Source of the DNA: Clostridium sp. CAG:302 | GTDB lineage: Bacteria; Bacillota_I; Bacilli_A; RF39; UBA660 | Direction of reading: 5' to 3' | DNA: 64,000 bases | Assembly (NCBI GenBank): GCA_000431795.1 | Contig: FR887368.1 | Span: 90,291-154,290, forward strand | In this document: positions 7,661 through 20,314 of the stretch, piece by piece | Layout of the letters: every line of letters begins with the position of its first letter | Numbering within the stretch: position 1 is the first letter of the stretch | Program-made: the position numbers and the translations under genes | The notes under the pieces: model-generated | Database searches by the model: none | Seen by the model: only the letters and a program-made list of their open reading frames with translations | What the model was told of the DNA's origin: nothing

Positions 7661-8335
7661 CTAAGCAGCAAATGTAGCTGAAACAGTACCACCAGCAGCT
7701 TGGAATGTAACTTTACCAACATAAGAACCAGTTGCTAGGTTATCACCAGGCTCATTTTGAGATGCATCTTTGTTTTCTAAATAAATCATTAAATAGTAAA
7801 CTACATCTGTTCCACCAGTTACACTAGCGCCACTGTGTAAGTCTACAGGAGCAGTATCAAGAACATTAAAACTTCCTGATTTTCCTTCTACTAATGCAGC
7901 AGCATCGCCCTCACCAGTAAATGTTACATATTTCCAAGCAGCTACATCAGTTGCACCTGTTTGTGTTAATGTAAGATTTAATGATGCAGTATTTAATGTT
8001 TGTCCTGATTTAGCAGTTATTTTATAAATATGACATCCTGTATAACCTTTATTTACACATTTAGCAGTCATAGCATTTTTAATATTGGTAATATTTGCAC
8101 CAGCATCTGATGGAACAAGATTATCACTAGCTACAGTTTCATCTTTATATACTCTTACCGCTTCAACAGAGAAACTTTGTTTAATATCCAAAGTACCACC
8201 TTTGATATCCTCAGCTCCAGTACTAGCTTGAGCACTAAAGTATGCAAATGTAGCACCAATTATAGCAACTACTAATGTAGCAACACCTACTACAGCGTAA
8301 AATACGCCAGGTCCCTTTCTGTTATTTTCTTCCAT
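7661..8335 (-). CDS. TasA/CalY (camelysin)-like secreted protein with SipW-class signal peptide, paralog 1
   Basis: VVGVATLVVAIIGATFAYFSAQAST...GGTLDIK parallels the TasA/CalY N-terminus (GGGTFAYFSD...AGTLDL). Shared motifs: KC..GY.GCH.YK and YYLMIYLENKDASQN. Codon usage is biased and it has its own consensus promoter and terminator. Confidence 0.7.
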   Translation of the reverse strand: MEENNRKGPGVFYAVVGVATLVVAIIGATFAYFSAQASTGAEDIKGGTLDIKQSFSVEAVRVYKDETVASDNLVPSDAGANITNIKNAMTAKCVNKGYTGCHIYKITAKSGQTLNTASLNLTLTQTGATDVAAWKYVTFTGEGDAAALVEGKSGSFNVLDTAPVDLHSGASVTGGTDVVYYLMIYLENKDASQNEPGDNLATGSYVGKVTFQAAGGTVSATFAA

Positions 8336-8363
8336 TTTATTTCAATCCTCCTTTACAATAATA

Positions 8364-8392
8364 ATTGTATCAAATATAAATTCTTTTTGCAA
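8364..8392 (-). promoter_or_regulatory. sigma-A promoter of 7661..8335
   Basis: TTGCAA - 17 nt - TACAAT with TG at the extended -10 position. The 36 nt from the -10 box to the RBS are identical to 9241..9276. Confidence 0.7.
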
Positions 8393-8437
8393 TAGTTTTT
8401 TGATATTTTTTTCATTTTCAAAATAATTATTTTTTTA

Positions 8438-8465
8438 AAATAAAAAGGAAGAACGTTTCTTCCTT
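8438..8465 (-). terminator. intrinsic terminator of 8478..9236
   Basis: AAGGAAGAA-ACG-TTCTTCCTT followed by TTTATTTT on the minus strand. Confidence 0.75.
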
Positions 8466-8477
8466 AATAAATAATTT

Positions 8478-9236
8478 TTAATTGCCTACTTTTGCTTCGA
8501 ACTTAGCATATACTTTACCACCAGCAGCATCCATAGTTATTATACCAGAATAGGTACCAGTTCCGCTTTCAGTAGCTGAAGTTTCGTTAGGATTTTGTGA
8601 AACATTTTCTTTATTCTCTAAATAAACCATTAAATAATAGGTAGTATTTCCATTTAAACTTGCATTATTATGCATATCAAATCCACTTGGAGTTCCTGCA
8701 CTATATGTATATACTCTACTAGTAGATTCTGCATCATATGCAGCAAAGCTATGATTTGTATTCTTAGCATCAGAAATTATAGTAACATTACCACTTTCAT
8801 CTAATTTATATAGATAGAATTTCCAGCTAGCATAGTCAGTAGCAGTAGTTTGTAAATCTGCTAATCTAATACTTGCACTTGTAAGTGCCTCTGAAGAACC
8901 TGCTTCAATTTTGTAAACATGGCATCCAACATATCCGCTTGTTCCTATGCACTTATTATCTATAGCATTTTTTATATCAGTTTCATTAGAAATTTCTGCA
9001 GGTACTAAATTATTATAGTTAACAGTTGTACCTTCTTCACTACTTGCTTCAACCAAATCTCTAGTTACATTTAATGACAAAGCAGCACCGACATCACTTG
9101 TGCCACCAGAGATATCGCCATCTTTGGTACTAGCTTGAGCACTAAAGTATGCAAATGTAGCGCCAATTATAGCTACTACTAATGTAGCAACACCTAATAC
9201 TACATAAAGTGTACTTCCTTTCTTATTTTCATTCAT
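8478..9236 (-). CDS. TasA/CalY-like secreted protein with SipW-class signal peptide, paralog 2
   Basis: The 25-aa VVGVATLVVAIIGATFAYFSAQAST core matches paralog 1 except for a single L/V difference at its first residue (LGVAT vs VGVAT). Motifs KCIGTSGYVGCHVYK and YYLMVYLENKENVSQN. The likely start is the ATG at 9236; the track start is a TTG. Confidence 0.7.
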   Translation of the reverse strand: MNENKKGSTLYVVLGVATLVVAIIGATFAYFSAQASTKDGDISGGTSDVGAALSLNVTRDLVEASSEEGTTVNYNNLVPAEISNETDIKNAIDNKCIGTSGYVGCHVYKIEAGSSEALTSASIRLADLQTTATDYASWKFYLYKLDESGNVTIISDAKNTNHSFAAYDAESTSRVYTYSAGTPSGFDMHNNASLNGNTTYYLMVYLENKENVSQNPNETSATESGTGTYSGIITMDAAGGKVYAKFEAKVGN

Positions 9237-9263
9237 CTTTTTCAATCCTCCTTTACAATAATA

Positions 9264-9292
9264 ATTGTATCAAATACCGACTATTTTTGCAA
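9264..9292 (-). promoter_or_regulatory. sigma-A promoter of 8478..9236
   Basis: TTGCAA - 17 nt - TACAAT, the same layout as 8364..8392. Confidence 0.7.
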
Positions 9293-9313
9293 TACTTATT
9301 TCTCATATTTTAG

Positions 9314-9344
9314 AAAAAAATAATAGTGATTTCTCACTATTATT
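9314..9344 (-). terminator. intrinsic terminator of 9352..9981
   Basis: 11-bp stem AATAATAGTGA/TCACTATTATT plus a U-run on the minus strand. Confidence 0.75.
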
Positions 9345-9351
9345 TTAATAA

Positions 9352-9981
9352 TTAGAATTGTGCTTCAAGAGTAGAACCAGTACTTGCAACTACTGTTACT
9401 GTACCTTTATATGTTTTACCAGCATCAGTACCAGTTTGATCAGAACCAGTATTCTTTAAGTATACAACAAAATATAGATCAGCAGTTCCATTTGCACTTA
9501 ATGCAGTTCCTTTTGCTAAAGAATTGTCAGTACCTTTTAATGAACCAAATGTTGTTTGATTAGTCATCTTAGCCCAAGTAACATTTGCAGCTCCTCCAGT
9601 ATTTAATGTAATTGAAGTATCTACTGTAGTGGCTGTACTACCTTCATTACTTAATGTTACCTTATAAACATGACAAACCATATAACCATTCTTATCTACA
9701 CATTTATTGGTACCACTAACTGCAGTAGTTAACTGATTAGTAGTATGGCCTGTTACTGAGCCATCATGTATAGGAATTAAACCTTTTGTTTTATCACCTA
9801 CTACTAGAGTTACTACTGGTTTTTTAATTTGAACGTCAATTGTATTACCAGAGAACTGATCACTTGTTGCTTGTGCAGTAAAGAATGCATAAGCACTACC
9901 AGATACTGCTAGTACTAATAGGGTTACTCCTAATATGGCATAGACTAATGGTCTATTTACTTTTTTCTTTTCTTCTATCAT
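9352..9981 (-). CDS. TasA/CalY-like secreted protein with SipW-class signal peptide, paralog 3
   Basis: LGVTLLVLAVSGSAYAFFTAQATSDQFSGNTIDV, KCVDKNGYMVCHVYK, LYFVVYLKNTGSDQTG. It lies 65 nt downstream of the ATPase-like operon with no intervening hairpin. Confidence 0.7.
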   Translation of the reverse strand: MIEEKKKVNRPLVYAILGVTLLVLAVSGSAYAFFTAQATSDQFSGNTIDVQIKKPVVTLVVGDKTKGLIPIHDGSVTGHTTNQLTTAVSGTNKCVDKNGYMVCHVYKVTLSNEGSTATTVDTSITLNTGGAANVTWAKMTNQTTFGSLKGTDNSLAKGTALSANGTADLYFVVYLKNTGSDQTGTDAGKTYKGTVTVVASTGSTLEAQF

Positions 9982-10007
9982 TTTTTCTTCCTCCTATCAT
10001 CATATTA

Positions 10008-10036
10008 ATTATAGCAAAACTTGATATAATTATCAA
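10008..10036 (-). promoter_or_regulatory. sigma-A promoter in front of 9352..9981
   Basis: TTGATA - 17 nt - TATAAT on the minus strand. Confidence 0.6.
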
Positions 10037-10046
10037 TATGATTTTT

Positions 10047-10883
10047 TTATTTTAGATAATCTTTTCCATCAATATCTATTGGTTTTTCTTCATCTAGACC
10101 TGGAAGTTTTAGATTATCTATTTTAATTTCTTTATATTCTTCTTTTGGAGGTACTACCTCTTTTTTTATTTCTGGAATATTATTTTTATAACTAGTAAAT
10201 GTTTTATTAGTTATAAATAATTTAGTTTTATCTACTTTACTTGGATCATATGAATTAACTATCCAAAATTCATATAATAACTTTAATATACTATCTGTCA
10301 TAACACTATCTTCAATTGAAGATAATTTATCTTTTTCTATTTTAATACTATTTTCTACTACAAATATTTTTTCTAAGATACTATCTTGTTTTTCAATAAT
10401 AATATCTTGTGAATATAAAGTATTATAAGTTTTAGGATATTTATTTTTATCTATTTTACCTTTTAATCTATCTCTTTTAATTACTAATTCACTATAATTA
10501 CTTTGTTTTTCTAGTAGTAGATATAATATATCTTGTACTTCTTTATCTTGATTTTTAATATCTTCATATAATACATTTCTATATTTACCAAAAGTATCTT
10601 CATTAAACTTAGATAAAAGAGTATCTTCAAGTAGTATATTATCTACTTCATATTCATCTTTAATTCTATTTAATTCTTCTAGCTTTTCTTTATCTAGCTT
10701 AACACTTTCTAATACTTTAAAATATCTTTCTTTAGCAGTTAAATATTTTAATATATTATTATATCTTTCTTGATATTCAGGTAATTCATCTACTAAATTA
10801 TTTTCTTTTAAATATTTTATTGTTTTTTCTACTCTTACTTTTTCTTCTTCAATAGTCGCAGTAATATAATCAAATTTATCCAT
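10047..10883 (-). CDS. coiled-coil cytoplasmic protein, last gene of the F1-like ATPase operon
   Basis: 278 aa, Lys/Glu-rich with heptad-like regions and no TM. The start overlaps the gamma-like gene by 8 nt, suggesting translational coupling. Confidence 0.6.
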   Translation of the reverse strand: MDKFDYITATIEEEKVRVEKTIKYLKENNLVDELPEYQERYNNILKYLTAKERYFKVLESVKLDKEKLEELNRIKDEYEVDNILLEDTLLSKFNEDTFGKYRNVLYEDIKNQDKEVQDILYLLLEKQSNYSELVIKRDRLKGKIDKNKYPKTYNTLYSQDIIIEKQDSILEKIFVVENSIKIEKDKLSSIEDSVMTDSILKLLYEFWIVNSYDPSKVDKTKLFITNKTFTSYKNNIPEIKKEVVPPKEEYKEIKIDNLKLPGLDEEKPIDIDGKDYLK

Positions 10884-11661
10884 TGTCAGCCTCCATATAA
10901 GATAATTTCTTATAATTATCTACTGTTTTATTAATTAGAATAGTTTTCTTTTCTTTTCTTAATTCATTACTTTGCTCTTCTTCTATTTGTTCTATTTTAT
11001 CTATTGCTTCTCTGGTTATTTGGTTTCTTATTGTGTTTTCAGCAGCTCTACTGATACATTCACACATTCTAAGTTGATACATTATATAGAAAGTAAGCAG
11101 GCTATAAATCATACTAGTTATATCTGTCTCTATAACAAAGTCTTTATTACTATAATATTCCCCTTCAAATTTTAAAGGAAATAGATTTAATTTTTTGAAT
11201 TCAAAAGATGTACTTGAGTTATAGTGGTTATAATATAAATTAATCTCACTATATGCTGCATTATGTATAGATTCATCTATAGTCTTCTCTATTCTACCAA
11301 GTTCATTATTAAAGTTATCTTTCTCTATTTTTAATAATGTTTTATCATCACTATATACTATTTTTTTACCTATAATTATTTTATAAACATCTTTATCTTG
11401 TCTTATTTGATGGGCTACCTGAGAATTAAAATTACCACAGAATCCATAATCATTAGCTATATATATATTAAGTTTAGGATTATCTGGATTTGGAGTAATT
11501 ATTTTTTTATCTAGAACTAAATTTCTATTATAGAGAATACTTCTTATTATATTAGTTATTTCATCACCAACATTTTGATAATGACTGGCTTCTCTTTTAG
11601 AAGCCTCAATTCTAAGTAAGGAGTGGAAGTTCATTACTTTAACTACGTTTTTTATTCTCAT
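10876..11661 (-). CDS. F1 gamma-like subunit
   Basis: The size and the N- and C-terminal helices (MRIKNVVKVMNFHSLLRIEASKREA...; ...CECISRAAENTIRNQITREAIDKIEQ) resemble the gamma coiled coil (canonical SRM.AM..AT.NA). The ATG at 11661 follows AAGGGTGG; the track start is a GTG. Confidence 0.55.
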   Translation of the reverse strand: MRIKNVVKVMNFHSLLRIEASKREASHYQNVGDEITNIIRSILYNRNLVLDKKIITPNPDNPKLNIYIANDYGFCGNFNSQVAHQIRQDKDVYKIIIGKKIVYSDDKTLLKIEKDNFNNELGRIEKTIDESIHNAAYSEINLYYNHYNSSTSFEFKKLNLFPLKFEGEYYSNKDFVIETDITSMIYSLLTFYIMYQLRMCECISRAAENTIRNQITREAIDKIEQIEEEQSNELRKEKKTILINKTVDNYKKLSYMEADNG

Positions 11662-12166
11662 CCTTACCACCCTTTCTTACATATTTATTTCTAATTACTA
11701 CATTCTTAATATTTTTAAGTAATGTATATGATAAATATAGTAATAAGAATATCATTAAGAATACTAATAGTAATAGCATCCATACAGAGTAATATTCATT
11801 TATAATATAATCATGAATTAAATATACTAATTTAATTCCTCCTAGTGATATTAAATCTAGTAAAAGATTTATTATTACTTTTTTATTTTTTATTAAAAGA
11901 CCACTGATAAGAGTTAATGATAAAGATATTAATGCTATATATAGATTTAAATCTATAAATGAAGCCATTATGTATAGTAAGAAGATATAACTAACAATAC
12001 TACATGATAAACTAATTATCTCAGTATTTTTCATACCTTGTAGTATTCCGTATATATTTACTTTTGATTCTTCTGGATTGAATTTTTTTATTAATATTTT
12101 TAATATTGCATATAAGGATATTAATACTATTAATCCAACACTAGCAAAATATAATACATTCTCCAT
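11639..12166 (-). CDS. polytopic membrane protein of the F1-like ATPase operon (not recognisable as subunit a)
   Basis: 175 aa with about 4-5 hydrophobic helices. No arginine occurs before the C-terminal basic tail. It lies between the epsilon-like and gamma-like genes. Confidence 0.6.
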   Translation of the reverse strand: MENVLYFASVGLIVLISLYAILKILIKKFNPEESKVNIYGILQGMKNTEIISLSCSIVSYIFLLYIMASFIDLNLYIALISLSLTLISGLLIKNKKVIINLLLDLISLGGIKLVYLIHDYIINEYYSVWMLLLLVFLMIFLLLYLSYTLLKNIKNVVIRNKYVRKGGKDENKKRS

Positions 12167-12167
12167 A

Positions 12168-15081
<2,914 letters not shown>

Positions 15082-15098
<17 letters not shown>

Positions 15099-15840
15099 TT
15101 AAACTAAAGTCATATACTTTATTCTTATAAATAATTTTAATTCCTCTATATATATTATCTGATACTTTAGTCTTGATTTTACTATCAATATAATCATAAT
15201 TAATATTTTTATTTGGTACAAGTACAGTAACAGTAGGATTATTAAGTTCAATTAATCTATTTAGATAATCTATAAAATCTACCATATTAAACTTATTACT
15301 TATCACAAATATTTCATATACTTTGTATTCTTCATCAGTTAATAATTCTTTTAAATACTTATCTCTCTCTTCAGGCAATAAAGTTTCTATCTTATATATT
15401 TCGTCAGGTGTAAATTTATTTCTAAGTTTAAGAGTAAAGTCATATTTATTATTATCTTTAATATTTGATAAAAAATCTTTAAGTAAATCTTCATAATTAA
15501 TTATAAATTTTTCTTCTATTTTTTTATTTAATTCAAATATATTCTTATCAAGATAATTTGTTTCAGTAAGCATATCAATAATACTACTATCAAAATCATA
15601 GTTAGGATTATTGATATCACCATTACCATCTTTTAATCCATTCTTTCTTTTTTCTAATTCGCTTTCTAATTCAGAAAGTTTCTTTTCTTTTTCATCTATT
15701 AGGTAATCATACTCTTGTAGTTTATCTACAAAGTATGATTTAGATTTTTTATCTACTTCTTTTACAGCATTCTTAAGTATTAAGCTCATTAATACTACAA
15801 GTAGTATAATAACAGCAAAAGAGATAATAAATAAAGTCAT
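15082..15840 (-). CDS. subunit b-like stalk protein (N-terminal TM helix plus long coiled coil)
   Basis: MTLFIISFAVIILLVVLMSLIL followed by charged helical sequence. Its position between the c-like and alpha-like genes mirrors b/delta. No delta/OSCP similarity is visible by eye. Confidence 0.5.
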
Positions 15841-15841
15841 A

Positions 15842-16832
<991 letters not shown>

Positions 16833-16858
16833 AAGATTCCTACTTTCCTACTATATAA

Positions 16859-16887
16859 AGTATACCATTTTGAAGATTTTTAGTCAA
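16859..16887 (-). promoter_or_regulatory. sigma-A promoter of the F1-like ATPase operon
   Basis: TTGACT - 17 nt - TATACT with TG at the extended -10 position, downstream of the 16906..16939 terminator. Confidence 0.65.
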
Positions 16888-16905
16888 TTACATAATCTTA
16901 TTTTT

Positions 16906-16939
16906 AGAAAAAAAGTATAACCATACTTAGTTATACTTT
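16906..16939 (-). terminator. intrinsic terminator of 16942..18132
   Basis: 10-bp stem AAAGTATAAC/GTTATACTTT followed by TTTTTCT on the minus strand. Confidence 0.75.
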
Positions 16940-16941
16940 AA

Positions 16942-18132
16942 TTATTTGCAATTTTTTTCTTCTATATTTGTCTTTTTACTCCAACCTATTCCACCAGGAC
17001 AATTTTCACTTGGACTACCTGGTCTCCATAAATACTTATCTGATGATGGGCAATAATAACAAGAATATTCATCTTTTGAATAACAACGTGAATACCCATT
17101 TTCCAATTGATCGATACAATCACCAGTAGCATTTTCTAAACAATCAGTAAAGTTAACGCCTTCTGTTAAATTACCTAAATTTATCATTAAAACTTCTACT
17201 ATCCAAGGAACTGCGAAGACAAGTACTGCGAAAACGATTCTTTTTACTAATAGTTTCATGTTTTTCTTTTGTACTCCATCATCACTAGTAACAATAGATT
17301 TTGAAAAGTCTATCATTCCCATAATTATTAATCCTATTGGAATAACAATTTTTACTATATCTACAATTAATCTACCAAAATATATGACTCTAAGTATATC
17401 TGGATTAGTACAAGCATCTACTATTGTTGTATTTCCTTTAGTACTAGTGCTACTACTACTTCCACTATTACCACCTTCATTAGGTGTTGGTGAAGGCTTT
17501 GTTTTTCCATTACATACTGTACTGGAAGTTGTGTCATAAGATGATTTTTCATATTTTTTTGCTAGTTTTTTATAATAATCTGATGTTGTATCAGAAAGTT
17601 TACTTCCAAATACATTAGTATTACTTAAAGAACTTCCCTCATAACCGAAATAAGTGTCTTCATAGCCAGGATTTTCTATATAGAACCATACTGTTCCATA
17701 TTTATTAACTATACTTTTTGATGCTTGTAATGTCATATTTTTGGGTAAATTATATTTACCAGTTAAAACAAGTTCTGCTATATAAAGCATTTCACTTTGT
17801 TTACTTTGAGCAACTTCACTACTAAAACTATTGTTTTTATATTCACTATATCCTTGATAATTTCCATCAGTCAAGTTCATTAACTTTTCATACGTAGTAC
17901 TACCTTTTTTGTTGTAAGCATTATTTAATACTATGCTTGCAGTCGTTAATCTTTGAAAAAAGTTATCATCTTTATTTTTAGCGGTATCAGCTCCAACTTC
18001 ATGATATATAATTTTTGCTAATTGCTCTGCTGTTTTTGTATCGCATTCTACTGCTAGTACATCATTCGATTTTGTAAATAAAAGTGTTAGTGATATGATA
18101 CAAAGTAGTAGCAATTTAATTTTTTTATTCAT
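16942..18132 (-). CDS. secreted composite protein: SleB/CwlJ-like cell-wall hydrolase-like N-domain, Ser/Thr/Gly linker, two TM helices, Cys-rich C-terminus
   Basis: Signal peptide ending VLA. AEQLAKIIYHEVGADTAKN...ASIVLNNAY resembles the Hydrolase_2 family. SSSSTSTKGNTT linker. TM pair IVIPIGLIIMGMIDF / IVFAVLVFAVPWIVEVLMI. The C-terminal ~70 aa carry several cysteines (about eight by eye). Confidence 0.45.
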   Translation of the reverse strand: MNKKIKLLLLCIISLTLLFTKSNDVLAVECDTKTAEQLAKIIYHEVGADTAKNKDDNFFQRLTTASIVLNNAYNKKGSTTYEKLMNLTDGNYQGYSEYKNNSFSSEVAQSKQSEMLYIAELVLTGKYNLPKNMTLQASKSIVNKYGTVWFYIENPGYEDTYFGYEGSSLSNTNVFGSKLSDTTSDYYKKLAKKYEKSSYDTTSSTVCNGKTKPSPTPNEGGNSGSSSSTSTKGNTTIVDACTNPDILRVIYFGRLIVDIVKIVIPIGLIIMGMIDFSKSIVTSDDGVQKKNMKLLVKRIVFAVLVFAVPWIVEVLMINLGNLTEGVNFTDCLENATGDCIDQLENGYSRCYSKDEYSCYYCPSSDKYLWRPGSPSENCPGGIGWSKKTNIEEKNCK

Positions 18133-18244
18133 ATATAATACACCTACATTTCACATTTATTTTATCATAACAGAGTGATATTTGCAATATTTTATTTTAT
18201 ATTGATTTATATATCATTTAAAAATACAAAACTATATAAATGCT

Positions 18245-18988
18245 TTAAAAATAGTAAATATTATATTTAATAAACAATAATTCACAATAATAAAACCAAG
18301 TTAATTGGTCAGCCAGTGGTTGACCTTTTTCGATTAATAGGTAAAACATTCTCATATACTTAAGTGTAGTTACTGAATATCTATTACCTAATTCTTTTAA
18401 AAATGATGGTATATCCTCAAGTATCAATCTTTGCAATATTTTTTCTGTTATAGATTCTTTATCTATGTTGTATTTATTTCTTATTACTATAGGATTTTTT
18501 ATAAAATCACTTACTACTGTTTCTTCTTTATTTATTAACTTTAATTTAGTATTATCATCTAGTCTTTGATACTCTTTAGACTTTATTTTTTCTCTTAACT
18601 TTCTAACACTTAAATTATAAATTTCAGTTTGCTTTATGTAATAGTTAATTTCATCAATATTATCAAATGTCAAAAGTTCTCTATAATGACTCCATGTCAA
18701 TTGGTGCCACAGTGTGGCACCTTTTTCAATAATTAAATAAAATTGTCTCATTCTTTTTAATGTAGTTATATTATATTTTCCTCCCAATTCCTCACTTAAT
18801 TTTTTTGAGTATTCTTTTATTAAGCCGTCACCATATTTAGCTCTTTCTTCACCATCTTGGGCTTCAATTAGCAATTTACCAACATTATAATAAGTACTTA
18901 GTTCATTTTTATTCTTTGAATAATCTTTTACACTTTTGTATACTTCATTATTTATTAGTTCGTTTTTTATTTCTTTATAATAATTCAT
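18245..18988 (-). pseudogene. rearranged DUF1016 (YhcG-like) gene lacking the PDDEXK nuclease domain
   Basis: The N-terminal DUF1016_N-like region (KYNITTLKRMRQFYLIIEKGATLWHQLTWSHYRELL) is partly repeated at the C-terminus (RYSVTTLKYMRMFYLLIEKGQPLADQLTWFYYCELL), directly after FLKELG, where the nuclease core normally starts. The likely ATG is at 18988. Confidence 0.5.
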
Positions 18989-19030
18989 TTCTGTGCCTCC
19001 ATAAATACACACTAGCAGGTTCTAATATAT

Positions 19031-19173
19031 ATTGCAAATGACTAAAACTTGTTTTTAAGTGTTAAAAAGATAAGAAAAAAGACCTTTAAATTTTTAAAAG
19101 TCCTTACTTTGTTTTTTTGCTACCTTCAAAAGATATTTTTGAGTAAAATTACTATTTTACATATATTTTACAC
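19031..19173 (-). repeat. ~145-bp intergenic repeat, copy A (homologous to 30890..31035), containing a bidirectional terminator hairpin
   Basis: By-eye alignment with copy B runs from attgcaaat... to ...ttacac. The hairpin GACCTTTAA..TTAAAAGTC is flanked by T/A runs. It abuts the stop of 19168..20247. Confidence 0.7.
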
Positions 19174-20247
19174 TTTATTATCTCTTTTTATAAAACTTAT
19201 TATAAATATTAACACTATTGTTAGATAAAGAATTATTTTTATATCATTAATAAAATATCCTATTAAACACATTATACTTCTTATCATACAGAATATTATT
19301 TCTACGATTAATAGATATCCTTTAATATTAGTATCTTCTTTTATACTATATATATTTTCTGAGGATACTATTTCAAATATCTTTATACCTAGTCCTTCAA
19401 ATAAAGCTATGATTAGTACTAGGTATTTATTACTTATATTTAGTTTTAATATTAATATGATACAGAATAATATATTTAAATATTTAAAGTATTTTTTATC
19501 ATCTACTTTTCTAACAAAAAAATAAATAAAGATACAAGAACTAATACCCATAATTATATTAAATATTCCTACATAACTAATAGTATTATTTATAAATAAA
19601 TATAGATATAATGGCTGAAGACTTAAGTTTATTACTTTAGCTTGTTCACATATAAAGAATAATAATTTATTTTTTTCTATTTTATCTATTTTTATTTTAT
19701 TGTTATTTGTTTTATCTTCATATTTAAATATTGGTATAACCGCTAATACTGATATTATTATTACAATGATAGCTAGTATTAACTTTGATAGTTTAGTTTC
19801 TACATAAGTACCTATTACTGAAGACAGAACTATGGCTATATTAGTATATATTAAAATACTACCTATTTCTTTTCTTTCATGATTATTTATAGATTTAATA
19901 GCATAATAATGTCTTATGGTATGATAAGTATAGGCTCCAAGTCCATAGATAATACTAAATATTATTAGATTAGTGAATGTTTTATCCATTATAGACATAT
20001 AGTAGAAACTACCACTAAAGATAATACTGGATACTATTAATATATATTTAGGTTTAATTATTTTAGTTAAATAGATTACTATAGTACTAGTTATGGCTCC
20101 AGTTAAATATACTAATGAATAAAATAGTAGTATTTCTTTTAGAGAGTAGCCCATTTTATATAGTAGTACTGAAGAAAATACTTCTACTATATTTCTAGCT
20201 AAAGTAGATAATAATATAAATATATTATATCTTTTTATATTAGACAT
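19168..20247 (-). CDS. polytopic membrane transporter (MFS-like)
   Basis: 359 aa with about 10 hydrophobic helices and short basic loops. No specific motif recognised. Confidence 0.45.
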   Translation of the reverse strand: MSNIKRYNIFILLSTLARNIVEVFSSVLLYKMGYSLKEILLFYSLVYLTGAITSTIVIYLTKIIKPKYILIVSSIIFSGSFYYMSIMDKTFTNLIIFSIIYGLGAYTYHTIRHYYAIKSINNHERKEIGSILIYTNIAIVLSSVIGTYVETKLSKLILAIIVIIISVLAVIPIFKYEDKTNNNKIKIDKIEKNKLLFFICEQAKVINLSLQPLYLYLFINNTISYVGIFNIIMGISSCIFIYFFVRKVDDKKYFKYLNILFCIILILKLNISNKYLVLIIALFEGLGIKIFEIVSSENIYSIKEDTNIKGYLLIVEIIFCMIRSIMCLIGYFINDIKIILYLTIVLIFIISFIKRDNKV

Positions 20248-20314
20248 AGTATCACCATTATTTATTATGTATTTTTTTTATTTTATGATACAATATATCA
20301 TGAGGTGACTATTA

